From sequence record OR352942.1: a DNA stretch of 64,000 nt; one strand, given 5' to 3'. Shown piece after piece: positions 33,247 to 43,112 of this stretch. This DNA is from Escherichia phage AV112. Position numbers and translations under genes: made by a program. Positions within the stretch are counted from its first letter, which is position 1; each line of letters starts with the position of its first letter. A model generated the notes under the pieces. That model ran no database searches. It worked only from the letters and a program-made list of their open reading frames with translations, and was not told the origin of the DNA.

Positions 33247-33392
33247 TGCTCGCCTTTTAATACGTTAAGAAGAGCTAAGACCGCTAAGGTACCTTGTGAC
33301 ACAGCCTGTTGAAATACTGTTGTTTCGCCTGTAACTAAAGTGTTAACGAATAAAAACGACCAACACAGCAATGCAATAATCCATGCTACCAT
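33243..33392 (-). CDS. small hydrophobic membrane protein (49 aa); not in ORF track
   Basis: my translation MVAWIIALLCWSFLFVNTLVTGETTVFQQAVSQGTLAVLALLNVLKGEQ; ATGA overlap with downstream ORF. Confidence 0.4.
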   Translation of the reverse strand: MVAWIIALLCWSFLFVNTLVTGETTVFQQAVSQGTLAVLALLNVLKGEQ

Positions 33393-33411
33393 TTTAATTA
33401 CCTCAAAAATA

Positions 33412-33432
33412 AATTAAAGGCCTAGCTTAATA
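33412..33432 (-). terminator. possible terminator hairpin after ndd
   Basis: GGCCU...AGGCC stem followed by U-rich run on minus RNA. Confidence 0.3.
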
Positions 33433-33444
33433 GGCCCGTATAAA

Positions 33445-33891
33445 TTAGTAACTCTGCAGAATGAATTTGAAATTATCGGCCAGAAGACGGTTCATTTCAG
33501 TGAGTGTTTGATATTCTGATGTATGATTACGAGTGAATACCAGAGCCAATTGTCCTTTACCATAACCAGTAGTCAGGGGTTTCATGTTCTTAGCTGCAAC
33601 AAAGATTACATCGTATTCAATATTGTTAGTGCCCATAGTACGGGCTAGTTGCGAACGGCCTTGTCGAATGTGAGAAAGAATTGCATCCAACCCTTGTTTA
33701 GAACGTTGGCGTCCTACAAAGAATCGTGCTGCTACTTGTCGCCAATCAGATGAACCTTTAACAAAGAAGTAAAAACCTTCACGAGAACGAAACTCTTTAG
33801 AAACTTCAGAACCGTATTCGCCATTACGAACTACTGCAACAACTTCACCACCAACTGCCAGAAGGTCTTTACGAGTTAAATATTTGGACAT
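33445..33891 (-). CDS. ndd: nucleoid disruption protein Ndd
   Basis: 148 aa, resembles T4 Ndd (FYVGNQRSKQG, KPLTTG.GKGQLAL, EMNR.LADNFKF). Confidence 0.8.
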   Translation of the reverse strand: MSKYLTRKDLLAVGGEVVAVVRNGEYGSEVSKEFRSREGFYFFVKGSSDWRQVAARFFVGRQRSKQGLDAILSHIRQGRSQLARTMGTNNIEYDVIFVAAKNMKPLTTGYGKGQLALVFTRNHTSEYQTLTEMNRLLADNFKFILQSY

Positions 33892-33935
33892 GCTAATTTC
33901 CTCAATTAATTAATGTTTTTGTAATCCATGAGAGC

Positions 33936-33965
33936 ATTATACTCTGCTCTCAAGAGTTTGTACAA
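33936..33965 (-). promoter_or_regulatory. T4-type early promoter for ndd
   Basis: minus-strand TTGTAC, 18 nt, TATAAT; near-identical copy of promoter at 6232..6261. Confidence 0.45.
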
Positions 33966-33967
33966 TT

Positions 33968-34168
33968 TTATTCGGTTATATCAGAACGTTCAAAAAGCTC
34001 TTCAACAGTTAAACATTCGGTGTCATCCTCAATAAAGAATCGGGTCCAACACGTTGGGGCGATGCAGTTATGAGTTTGCCCGGCTATAGAAGCTACACGA
34101 ATAAGCTGCTGACCATTATTCAGGACAAATTTTTCACCAATTTCAACATCTTTAAAAAGCTTAGCCAT
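33968..34168 (-). CDS. hypothetical protein (66 aa)
   Basis: small ORF with its own early promoter. Confidence 0.45.
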   Translation of the reverse strand: MAKLFKDVEIGEKFVLNNGQQLIRVASIAGQTHNCIAPTCWTRFFIEDDTECLTVEELFERSDITE

Positions 34169-34186
34169 TTTGTATTCCTCATGTTT

Positions 34187-34216
34187 TGATAGGACTACTA
34201 TACCATAATCCTACCT
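34187..34216 (-). promoter_or_regulatory. T4-type early promoter
   Basis: minus-strand GTTTAC, 18 nt, TATAGT. Confidence 0.5.
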
Positions 34217-34418
34217 TGATGTAAACAATTAAATTACATTAAAATATGTTAAAGCCAACCATGTTCCGGTGAACGAACATGCGATGTAAAAACCTGTATC
34301 ACAAATTGTTCTTAGTACAATAATAAGTGCATTTTTCATAAGTACCTCAATGCAATTGAAAATATTATACAAATCATAGGGATACTAAGCAACCATATTC
34401 CGATCCACATTTTAGAGC

Positions 34419-34682
34419 TCATATCTCAACTTCCGCGAGTTCCATATATCCTTTGTTGATAACCTCTTTAAGGTCTTTAGAAAGAATAACACTAAAATGG
34501 TTGTTCATATGTCCATTAACCAGACGAGTTATTTCGGCTTCAGATGACATATAAGGCACGTCTGAGTCCCAATGAGATAGACCCAAATGGGTATAAATCA
34601 TCCCTTCGTCATCTGCAGTGTTGTACATTGAAACAAATTCGCCTGTTACTTTATGTTTTGCATAGAAAAATTTAAATTTCAT
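34419..34682 (-). CDS. hypothetical protein (87 aa)
   Basis: small ORF with its own early promoter. Confidence 0.45.
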   Translation of the reverse strand: MKFKFFYAKHKVTGEFVSMYNTADDEGMIYTHLGLSHWDSDVPYMSSEAEITRLVNGHMNNHFSVILSKDLKEVINKGYMELAEVEI

Positions 34683-34708
34683 GATGTTATCCTCTTTTAG
34701 ATAGGACT

Positions 34709-34738
34709 ACTATATCATAGTCCTACTTAGTTGTAAAC
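34709..34738 (-). promoter_or_regulatory. T4-type early promoter
   Basis: minus-strand GTTTAC, 18 nt, TATAGT. Confidence 0.5.
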
Positions 34739-34750
34739 ACTTTTATGAAA

Positions 34751-35371
34751 TTAAAGTTGAAGATACCACCCGTTGTAGTTGCTCTTGCGGACGATTTTCT
34801 TTAGATCTTCATGGTCTCCCACGAACTTTATAGAATAAGAGAAGACGTCAGGTGAGGTTTCTTTGACATCTAATATAATAATGCAATCTGCGACTCGATG
34901 GTTCAAGAAAGGCCCTATATTGATTCCATTACCACCCGGATAATCACCACTGTATCCTGTGGTAACAGAAATCCATTTAGAATCTATCTGGTGTGTCTTG
35001 ACTTCTACACGAATTCCACAATACTTGGGATGGGCTAACACGTCCCATGCATACGTGTACGGGTCTTCTACGTCTTCAATACCTTTATTAACATATCCGT
35101 CTAGCCAATTTGCTACTACATACTCTGCAAAGACCGCAACCTTACAACGTCGAACTACATCTTCTTTGTTTTGGTCAGGATTTTGGCTCAGGGAATACCG
35201 AGCAGTGTCAGCAATCTTCACCTTCATTTCACTAGTCAAAAACTCATTCGACAGGATAAATGTCGGAAGATTCTTCAGTCTCAACAGTCCCAAGTTCGTC
35301 TTTACCATAGATACCTCTGATGTGTAGTTCGCCAAAATAAATGCGGTCACCTTCTTCAAGATATTCTGCAT
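34751..35371 (-). CDS. hypothetical protein in the denB (endonuclease IV) position
   Basis: up to 206 aa ORF between ndd and rIIB; assignment by synteny only. Confidence 0.35.
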   Translation of the reverse strand: MQNILKKVTAFILANYTSEVSMVKTNLGLLRLKNLPTFILSNEFLTSEMKVKIADTARYSLSQNPDQNKEDVVRRCKVAVFAEYVVANWLDGYVNKGIEDVEDPYTYAWDVLAHPKYCGIRVEVKTHQIDSKWISVTTGYSGDYPGGNGINIGPFLNHRVADCIIILDVKETSPDVFSYSIKFVGDHEDLKKIVRKSNYNGWYLQL

Positions 35372-35552
35372 CTACCGGTGGGATTTCAATAACAACTTCG
35401 TCGCATTCTAACCAGCCGTAGTGTGCATCACCAGGATGTTTTACCAATTTAGCGCAATAAACTGATTTACACTTATGATGACCACGAAGATTAGCAATTT
35501 TGGATTCTGATACGTCAAATGGATGAATCATAATTACCCCTAAAGAAAAAAA

Positions 35553-35568
35553 GGGGACCAAAGTCCCC
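35553..35568 (-). terminator. hairpin terminator after rIIB
   Basis: GGGGAC-UUUG-GUCCCC then U-tract on minus RNA. Confidence 0.5.
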
Positions 35569-35573
35569 AATTA

Positions 35574-36521
35574 TTATTCTGCAAATAATTCAGTAACGTC
35601 TGAAATTACTTCATAACGACAAGTACGCATCTTAGCATCACCATAGTCAACTGGGATGGACACAACATCACGTGGATGAACTTTAACCTTAACAACTTTA
35701 TCTGAGCTAGAACCAAAGTAACGAATATATGATTTAGCACAAACATGTAGACCACGGGAACAAGTTTGTGTATCGTCATCGTTAACACGAGTACGAGGCA
35801 TTGAAACAACTTTACCAGGCGAGTTATCAAATGTGCCGCTATAGCAATCTAAATAGTCTTTACGAACTACTTTCCATGCATAGAAATGCCCATCTTCAGT
35901 GATTTCAATATCGTTTGCAACCAAGAAGTCGAATAAACGTTGTACAGCTTTTTCGCTTGGGTTTTCTAACAGGTTTTCAAGGAATGGCAGATAGAATTTA
36001 AAGTCTTCGCCTTTTTCCATGGAATCAATAATACGGTTAACCAGTCCTGAACGAATTTCTATACCTTGATAAAATAAACTACCACCTTCAATAGTAACAT
36101 TACCGTCAACAAACTTACTAATAGCTTTCTTGATGTTAATAAGTTCGACAGCTTTACTAAGGTTTCCTGCGACCAAATTAGCTTTAATTTCTTCAAAATT
36201 TGCATGACTTGATGGGGTCGCATTGTATGCTACGCGTCCTTCAATAATTGAAATAAATTTAGATGACGCGTTCCATACGATTTCTGGACGATGACCGCCG
36301 ATAATAGGTTCATCATTTTCTGGAACTTCTTCGATTACATAAGAGGCATCGTTTGCTTCAGGGACAACGCCTTCTGCTTTAAAATTCTTAACAATCTTAC
36401 GAAGAGTATCTGTTGAAATGTCGAAGTAATCGGCAATTTCTTTACGAGTCCATTTGCCTGATTCAACCAGGCCATAAGCTTCTAACTGTTCTTCTTGGGA
36501 CAAGCATTTAATATTGTACAT
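35574..36521 (-). CDS. rIIB: rIIB membrane-associated protein
   Basis: 315 aa; size and synteny with rIIA. Confidence 0.8.
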   Translation of the reverse strand: MYNIKCLSQEEQLEAYGLVESGKWTRKEIADYFDISTDTLRKIVKNFKAEGVVPEANDASYVIEEVPENDEPIIGGHRPEIVWNASSKFISIIEGRVAYNATPSSHANFEEIKANLVAGNLSKAVELINIKKAISKFVDGNVTIEGGSLFYQGIEIRSGLVNRIIDSMEKGEDFKFYLPFLENLLENPSEKAVQRLFDFLVANDIEITEDGHFYAWKVVRKDYLDCYSGTFDNSPGKVVSMPRTRVNDDDTQTCSRGLHVCAKSYIRYFGSSSDKVVKVKVHPRDVVSIPVDYGDAKMRTCRYEVISDVTELFAE

Positions 36522-36530
36522 AATGTTTCC

Positions 36531-38744
36531 TTATTTGGCCGCTTCCACGGCCTTCATGAATTTAACGATTTGAGCGACTTGTTCTTTAGAAAGAGTACCA
36601 CGTCGTCCCATGTAGTCTGACACAATATGATAATTGGTTTCGAATTCAATAACCATTTTATCATCATTATCGTAAGCATTATCTTTAAGCTTATCGAAAA
36701 TTTTAGCACACAATTCTAACTTCTTATTCAGTTCTGTATTAGTAGCACCTGCGAATCGATTCCATCCCCAACGATTATTTACTGTTGAGAGTTTTGCAAA
36801 ATCTTTACTGATTTCTTTGTTTTTAGAGCTAAAATACTTACTAAGGAAGTTAAGCTCTTCATTACGAGTAATATGATTCAAATAAGGCTGTGCTCTACGA
36901 CTTGGTGATACATACTCATCATAATCCACTTTATCGATTAGCGTAATATAGTCATTAATTGATTTTTCGAACAAGCATTCTACTTCACCAAGTTTACGAA
37001 CTTTCTTAGCAATCTGTGGACGAACTACAGTGAACTCTTTAATACCTGACAAATCAGCAATACGGGTCAAGAAATTGGAGTCATAGTTCAACCAACCTTT
37101 ATCTGCGTCAAGACATTCAGCATTAGAACGATTACGAACTATAGCATAACCTTGGATTTTATCAGCTTCACTCGCTGGAATAAAGAGATCTTCTGATACC
37201 CAAACATCGTTTTCATTCTTAAAGAACCGATGAGCACTTGGGGATTTAGGACGAGGCCCATTAGAACGAGTCTTGACTTCAATCCATGGCTTAACGATTT
37301 GTAAAAGCTCTGAAGTCTTGTACATGTTAATGTTGTCGCCATCAAAGATAACTTTAAGGCGTTCCAGAAGTTTCATTGCATCTTCGTCTGTAGGGTCAAC
37401 GAATAGTACGCTTTTACCAAAACCGCGTGGAACTTTACCGGTTAATTTAACCTCGTCTTTAGACATTTCAATTGAATTAAGAGCTCGCATTAATGGAACA
37501 CGTCCCTTAACGTCGTCAATAACAATTTCAACGTTTTTAATGTTAATACCAATCAGACTGTTAATTGAAATAGTTGCAGATGAGCTACCACTTTCACGAA
37601 TACGACGAAGACGAGGGTCTTCAATGATATCGTATACGACGCCGAGATTACACCATTCAGGTCCCATTTTAAAACGTTTGTACAACTCTGAATAAGTTAG
37701 TTGTTCTTTAGAGTATTTCAGTGATTCAATATTAGACCCAGCCTTTTCCATGTATTTACGAGCAGTATAGCCAAGAGAATCAATTTCACGGAACACATGA
37801 CGCGGGTATTTACAATCAATCCATTTCTTAGAATCTTCAGCGAACAATTTAGCATCGATTTCTGCAACGCGTTTATGGATATTTGCTACTGTACGTTTAT
37901 CAAATGACAATGCTTCACGAGACGGGGCTACATCTAGTTCACCCATAGGGAATTTAATATAAGCTGTAGTGCATCGCGTCATCATCCATGTTTGTTCTTT
38001 AATAACACTTCCGATTGGATATACAATACCACCATAAACAGCCATGATATTACCACGTTCACCCCATGGAGCTTCCTTGGCTAAATAAACATCGTCGAAT
38101 TCCGGGAAGTATTTGATATCTTTAACACCACGAACTTCTGCAATATCACCGAGAGGACGCATAACATATGCAATTTCAGATGCGAACTTTTCAAAATCTT
38201 CTGGGTTAACCGGTACAACTACTTCTACACCAGTACGATCATCAGGACCCATCTTATCTACGAAGGTTGGCTTAATCTGTGGACCACTGTCATCTTGATA
38301 AATTACATAACCACGAACTTCACCGTTGTGATAAGACGTAAGGTTAAACGTATCGGTATATGCTAGTGGAGCTTTAGAGCCGAGACCGAATCCACCAATG
38401 AAATCGTTACTCGATGTTTTAGTTGAAGCAAAATATGAGTTATAGATTCCTGGCTCTTCGTCATTACCTCGAATGGTGAAATCACTCATACCAGGACCAA
38501 AGTCTCGAACTACAAAACGTGGGTCTAAACGACCTGGGGCCTGAACAATAAACTTATCAGTGCAACCATTAAGAATTTGACCATCGATACAGTTTGTGAT
38601 TAATTCACGTACACAAGCCAATTCTTTGTTTGTATAAAGGTCATTAGACAAAATCTTATAAACTTTGCTATTGCCTTGAATAGTAAATGCTGTGCTCTTA
38701 CCGCCTGAACCAATAATCGTTTCTTTAGCCGTTTCAATAATCAT
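36531..38744 (-). CDS. rIIA: rIIA protein
   Basis: 737 aa; N-terminus resembles T4 rIIA (GHKL-type ATPase-like start). Confidence 0.88.
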   Translation of the reverse strand: MIIETAKETIIGSGGKSTAFTIQGNSKVYKILSNDLYTNKELACVRELITNCIDGQILNGCTDKFIVQAPGRLDPRFVVRDFGPGMSDFTIRGNDEEPGIYNSYFASTKTSSNDFIGGFGLGSKAPLAYTDTFNLTSYHNGEVRGYVIYQDDSGPQIKPTFVDKMGPDDRTGVEVVVPVNPEDFEKFASEIAYVMRPLGDIAEVRGVKDIKYFPEFDDVYLAKEAPWGERGNIMAVYGGIVYPIGSVIKEQTWMMTRCTTAYIKFPMGELDVAPSREALSFDKRTVANIHKRVAEIDAKLFAEDSKKWIDCKYPRHVFREIDSLGYTARKYMEKAGSNIESLKYSKEQLTYSELYKRFKMGPEWCNLGVVYDIIEDPRLRRIRESGSSSATISINSLIGINIKNVEIVIDDVKGRVPLMRALNSIEMSKDEVKLTGKVPRGFGKSVLFVDPTDEDAMKLLERLKVIFDGDNINMYKTSELLQIVKPWIEVKTRSNGPRPKSPSAHRFFKNENDVWVSEDLFIPASEADKIQGYAIVRNRSNAECLDADKGWLNYDSNFLTRIADLSGIKEFTVVRPQIAKKVRKLGEVECLFEKSINDYITLIDKVDYDEYVSPSRRAQPYLNHITRNEELNFLSKYFSSKNKEISKDFAKLSTVNNRWGWNRFAGATNTELNKKLELCAKIFDKLKDNAYDNDDKMVIEFETNYHIVSDYMGRRGTLSKEQVAQIVKFMKAVEAAK

Positions 38745-38756
38745 ATTTTTCTCTCA

Positions 38757-38957
38757 TCACAAGTTACGTTTAAAAATTTCTGCTACTTCAAGAAGTTCTT
38801 CTTTAGTAGCTGTATCGGTTTGTATTTTATATCGAATTTCTTTAAAGCGTTCTTTAAAGGACTCTGCTGACTCGATATCAAAAAATCTTTGGATAAGCCG
38901 GAATTCCCGGAGCACCGCTTTATCAAAAAGTTCCAAGTCCACGTTATATGTTCTCAT
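38757..38957 (-). CDS. hypothetical protein (66 aa), rIIA.1 position
   Basis: small ORF upstream of rIIA. Confidence 0.45.
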   Translation of the reverse strand: MRTYNVDLELFDKAVLREFRLIQRFFDIESAESFKERFKEIRYKIQTDTATKEELLEVAEIFKRNL

Positions 38958-39049
38958 AATATTCTCTTCAGTAGATTCCTAGGGCACTATTACTAAAGAC
39001 CATATAATCTATCATCTTATGTGTAATAGTGCCTCAGGCGATTCAGGAT

Positions 39050-40150
39050 TTACGCTGTGAAGATTTTATCCCACATCGCAACAACTGCATCTCGGTTATA
39101 CTTTTTCCATACTGCTTCAGCACGTTTAACTCGAGCTTCGTATGTGTCAGTGAATTCTAATACAGCTTTTGTGTAAAGCGCAACTACTTCTTTCTTAGGA
39201 GTAGAGGAATCAATTTCTACACGCACAGTATCTGGGTCGTATTCGAATGTCGCATGAGGATAATCCTTAAAAACTAACTGGATTACAGGGACACCTTTAG
39301 AGATGGCTTCAATAGAACTATTCTCTACTGTACCTGTGTCAGGACACGTATTAATAAGTGCTTTAGCTGTTTTAAGACGTTCCATGATTTCACTGTGTGG
39401 AGCATCAATAATAACAGGATATTTAGCTGGTGGTGCCCATTTACTAGGACAGTATCCTACACCATTTTCGCCTAGTGCTTTAATTGCTTCAAGAGCAACA
39501 TCGGTGCGGCGCATCTTAGTGTCATAACGTTGTGCACTAATAATCAGATCAGTCGCCGGAAGAACTTCAGGTTTCTCATTCAAACAAATAACCGGGTAAT
39601 CTTCGGCTTCAAACAACGGATTTGCTCGCCAATAATCATAATCAATTTTGTCAGTCAGAGCTGAAGTCATATGGCAATATTTACGTTCAAATTCACGGAA
39701 GGCTTTAGTAGGAGCATAACTCTTACCACCGTTCTTATGAATTTGAATAGTCTGGTCCCAAATTTGAACAATGCCACGAGATACCGGTTCAAATGGTGTT
39801 GCCATAAAATTCTTATGAACTTTAGAGAGACCTGCGTCTTTAATTGCCTGAACGGTTAGTTTAGTCGGTTCCATAGTAACAACAAAATCGTATTCATGGA
39901 TGCCGGCTAGTTCAACAATCTTACGAGCCATAGTATAACTCATACCTAGACTGAATTTAGTCAGATGACCAACAGGATGGTGTGTAACTTTCCAGTCACC
40001 AAACGTGTCATTATCAAAGCCGATATAATCAATATCAGCACCAATAGAAACTAAATATTTCAACACATTTAAATGTACTGCTTCAAGGCCACCTTGTACA
40101 CGGTCAGGATTAAATGGGACTGCACGAGATGGGATAAACATAACTTTCAT
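39050..40150 (-). CDS. GT-B fold glycosyltransferase (candidate DNA glycosyltransferase)
   Basis: 366 aa; C-terminal motif VENSSIEAISKGVPVIQ resembles GT4-type ExxxxxxxE / G-x-P-V signature and T4 a-gt LELGACGTIPVF. Confidence 0.55.
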   Translation of the reverse strand: MKVMFIPSRAVPFNPDRVQGGLEAVHLNVLKYLVSIGADIDYIGFDNDTFGDWKVTHHPVGHLTKFSLGMSYTMARKIVELAGIHEYDFVVTMEPTKLTVQAIKDAGLSKVHKNFMATPFEPVSRGIVQIWDQTIQIHKNGGKSYAPTKAFREFERKYCHMTSALTDKIDYDYWRANPLFEAEDYPVICLNEKPEVLPATDLIISAQRYDTKMRRTDVALEAIKALGENGVGYCPSKWAPPAKYPVIIDAPHSEIMERLKTAKALINTCPDTGTVENSSIEAISKGVPVIQLVFKDYPHATFEYDPDTVRVEIDSSTPKKEVVALYTKAVLEFTDTYEARVKRAEAVWKKYNRDAVVAMWDKIFTA

Positions 40151-40179
40151 AATTAAGCCTTATTAAAATTAAAATGAAA

Positions 40180-40191
40180 CTCCCGAAGGAG
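40180..40191 (-). terminator. short UUCG hairpin directly after gene 39 stop
   Basis: CUCC-UUCG-GGAG then U-rich; weak 4-bp stem. Confidence 0.3.
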
Positions 40192-40192
40192 C

Positions 40193-42010
40193 TTAGGACA
40201 TCCATTCTTTACGAAGTTCTGAATCGTCACCCAACAACATTTCAAAGAGTTCTTTCCAATTTTCAGGAAGTTTAACTACGTCGTACACAGGGTTCTGAAT
40301 CATTTCACGATATTCTGACTTTTCAAGGGAGCCTAATCCCTTGATGTATCGAATACTATGCTTAGGAAGTGTATCTTTAGCTTCTTCATACTCAGCTACA
40401 GTATAAAACCATTTTTGAGTTTTGCCAATTTGTGCAATAATTACAGGCGTTTTAACAAAGCGAATACGTCCTTGTTCAAACAATTCAGGCCAATTACTAA
40501 AGAAAGCAAGCAAAGCCGGATAAATACTTCCAAGACCATCATGATCGGCATCGGTCATAATTGCAATATTACGATAGTTCGTATTCTCTGCCTTTTCACC
40601 AAGAATAAGACCTGTGATAGCACAGATATCAAAGAGCTCTTTGTTCTTCATCATATCGGCATATGACATACCCCAGCTATTCATCACCTTACCACGTAAT
40701 GGGAATCCGCCGTGTAGTTCACGGTCACGAACATCAATGAGATAACCAATTGCCGAATCACCTTCTGTTAAAAACAATGTCGTATCTGCATCTTTACCAC
40801 ATTGGTTAGCTTTAATATGCTTATGAACCTTAGCTTTAGTTGCCTTTTTAGCTGCTTTAGTTTCTGCAGCCTTTTCTGCCGCCAATTTACGAGCTAATGC
40901 TGCTTCAACAATAGGCATAATCAAGGCTTCGTTTTTAAGAAGTGCCTGAGCAATTTTCTTAGCATCTAATTGGATATGATTACGAATATCACCATACGTT
41001 GACGTTAAACGTTCTTTAGTCTGAGAATCAAAACGCATGTTGCTCATGTCTCTAATAAACATCAACATTGTGAGGCATTCTTTAACACGAGCTTTAGTGA
41101 CTTCAATACCCTTATATTTCTTTTTAATGCCAGGCAAAAGATGTTCGCAAATATCATCCATTACACATTCAACATGATGACCACCATTTTTAGTATGGAT
41201 GTTATTCACATAAGTTAAATGACGGAAGCCATCTGGTGATGTTGTGAATGCTATAGAGACTTTATCATTTTCTTGAATGATGTTATCTTCACCAAATTGT
41301 TTAGCAAATCGTTTAAAATTACCATCAACCTTTTTACCATTAAATGTGAACTTGATATCAGGATAAACGACTGCCAATGTTTGAAGACGGTCTAAAGTAA
41401 TATCTAAATAAATTTGAGATAAATTATGCTCTTCAAATGAAGAGAAATCAGGAGTGAAGATTACTTTAGTGCCTTTACCTTTAGATTTCTTAGAAGACCA
41501 TGATTTGTTTTCCATTCCGTTTGAACAGTTAACAGTGATTTCATTTTCGCCATCTGACGTGATGCCTGTAAACAACGTAGAGAAGATATTAGTTAAACTA
41601 CTCCCGACGCCGTTCATACCACCAGTCTTGCGTTCAGAGTCGTCACCAAAGTTACCGCCAGCCTTTGGAATAGTCCAGGCTGCTACAGGCCCAGGAATCT
41701 GTTCACCATTTTGGTCGGTGACCATTGCTTGAGGAATACCACGTCCGTTATCTTCCACTGAGACTTGATTATTTTTAATTTGCACATCAATTTTATTTGC
41801 AAACTTAAATGATGTACGAATAGCTTCATCAACCGAGTTGTCAATAATCTCATCGATTAATTTAACCAGACCAGGAACATATTCAACTTGTTGATATTTA
41901 CCAAACAAAAAACGCTCGTGGGCTTCTTTGGCCGAAGAACCAATATACATGCCACTACGTTTCTTAATATGTTCTACATCTGACAATACCTTAATTTCAT
42001 TTTTAATCAT
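40193..42010 (-). CDS. 39: gp39 DNA topoisomerase II large subunit, unsplit (39+60 fused)
   Basis: 605 aa GyrB-like ATPase + TOPRIM in one ORF. Confidence 0.9.
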   Translation of the reverse strand: MIKNEIKVLSDVEHIKKRSGMYIGSSAKEAHERFLFGKYQQVEYVPGLVKLIDEIIDNSVDEAIRTSFKFANKIDVQIKNNQVSVEDNGRGIPQAMVTDQNGEQIPGPVAAWTIPKAGGNFGDDSERKTGGMNGVGSSLTNIFSTLFTGITSDGENEITVNCSNGMENKSWSSKKSKGKGTKVIFTPDFSSFEEHNLSQIYLDITLDRLQTLAVVYPDIKFTFNGKKVDGNFKRFAKQFGEDNIIQENDKVSIAFTTSPDGFRHLTYVNNIHTKNGGHHVECVMDDICEHLLPGIKKKYKGIEVTKARVKECLTMLMFIRDMSNMRFDSQTKERLTSTYGDIRNHIQLDAKKIAQALLKNEALIMPIVEAALARKLAAEKAAETKAAKKATKAKVHKHIKANQCGKDADTTLFLTEGDSAIGYLIDVRDRELHGGFPLRGKVMNSWGMSYADMMKNKELFDICAITGLILGEKAENTNYRNIAIMTDADHDGLGSIYPALLAFFSNWPELFEQGRIRFVKTPVIIAQIGKTQKWFYTVAEYEEAKDTLPKHSIRYIKGLGSLEKSEYREMIQNPVYDVVKLPENWKELFEMLLGDDSELRKEWMS

Positions 42011-42059
42011 GTTGTCTCCTCGTTATGAAGGTATTCTATCATCCGAAATCTAAAGCAAA

Positions 42060-42075
42060 AAGGGCCGAAGCCCTT
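42060..42075 (-). terminator. hairpin terminator overlapping goF-like stop
   Basis: AAGGGC-UUCG-GCCCUU then UUUUU on minus RNA. Confidence 0.5.
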
Positions 42076-42499
42076 ATTTAAATTTAATTTTCTGAAGTGC
42101 ATCAATTGCAGCCAAACGCCCTTGTTCACTTTTAACTGTAATGACCACATCGCCTGATACGATCACCGAACCATCAACAAATTCTATAGAGCCTTTTTTG
42201 AAATCGACAGCTGTATCTGGTTCCGGAACTTCTTCAAAGAATTTAAATTCTGCACCATAAATCAGAATATCACCTTGCATACTATGAATAGTTCGGCCAT
42301 AATCGCCTACGGCTTCTACAGCAATCACCGAAACGCCGTAACCAATCATCTCTTCCACAATAAAATCTTTGGACAATAAAGTAGTATGCAGATTAGTATT
42401 AAGACGTTTACCAGTCGTATTAAGCATTCTCAAGAAATTATCTTCTTGACCTTTGATAATACGATATTTCTTACCAACTTCAAAACCTTTAAAAGCCAT
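42074..42499 (-). CDS. hypothetical protein (141 aa), goF-like by position and size
   Basis: 141 aa ORF directly upstream of gene 39. Confidence 0.4.
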   Translation of the reverse strand: MAFKGFEVGKKYRIIKGQEDNFLRMLNTTGKRLNTNLHTTLLSKDFIVEEMIGYGVSVIAVEAVGDYGRTIHSMQGDILIYGAEFKFFEEVPEPDTAVDFKKGSIEFVDGSVIVSGDVVITVKSEQGRLAAIDALQKIKFK

Positions 42500-42501
42500 A
42501 A

Positions 42502-42681
42502 TTAACCCTTCTTAAGTAAGTCGTAAAAACCACCGTTCACATGTTTAGGAGCAGAAACCCGACGAGTAGACAGACGATGACATTCAGGGCAAACATCGGT
42601 TTCTCGTTCAGAAATCCTTTTAATTTTTTCATATTCATGACCACAATCTTCAGATTGACATTTATAGTCGTATAACGGCAT
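42502..42681 (-). CDS. FmdB-family zinc-ribbon protein (59 aa); not in ORF track
   Basis: my translation MPLYDYKCQSEDCGHEYEKIKRISERETDVCPECHRLSTRR...; C-x4-C ... C-x2-C. Confidence 0.55.
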   Translation of the reverse strand: MPLYDYKCQSEDCGHEYEKIKRISERETDVCPECHRLSTRRVSAPKHVNGGFYDLLKKG

Positions 42682-42683
42682 TA

Positions 42684-43112
42684 TTATTCCTTAAAATGTG
42701 CTTTCAACATTTGATACAAAGACCATGCCTGGTCGTTATTTTCGATAGTAATCGTCATCACCGGAAATTCAGACAATTCGTCAAGTTCATCAGAATCTTG
42801 CTCTTCGGACGCTTGATATGGATTTTCAACTTCATCAAAGAACTCTGCTTCATTCGTGGAGAGCCAGATAAAGTTTTCATCAAGGATATCACCACCTGTT
42901 GCGTATCCAACCGTGCCAGTAGATGTCACAATTTTAGTAGGACGTCCGAGATGGTCAACATCTAAAATTTTAAAAGGTTCCATGCCAAGACGTCGTGCAT
43001 AAATCCCATTATCAGTGTGGTCTTTAATAAACTCTTCTTGGGCACGTTTATCTATAAATTGGTACCATGAGTTAACTCGGAATTTATTAGCCATTAGTAA
43101 GTTTCCTTCCAA
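42684..43112 (-). CDS. hypothetical acidic protein (142 aa)
   Basis: ORF; acidic [10 protein letters not shown] stretch. Confidence 0.5.
   Translation of the reverse strand: MEGNLLMANKFRVNSWYQFIDKRAQEEFIKDHTDNGIYARRLGMEPFKILDVDHLGRPTKIVTSTGTVGYATGGDILDENFIWLSTNEAEFFDEVENPYQASEEQDSDELDELSEFPVMTITIENNDQAWSLYQMLKAHFKE

Noticed and set aside
35244-35570. 108-aa ORF overlapping the 3' part of the denB-position ORF by 128 nt
   Set aside because: Probably an over-extended ORF; the true start is likely an internal Met. Not enough evidence to call a separate gene.
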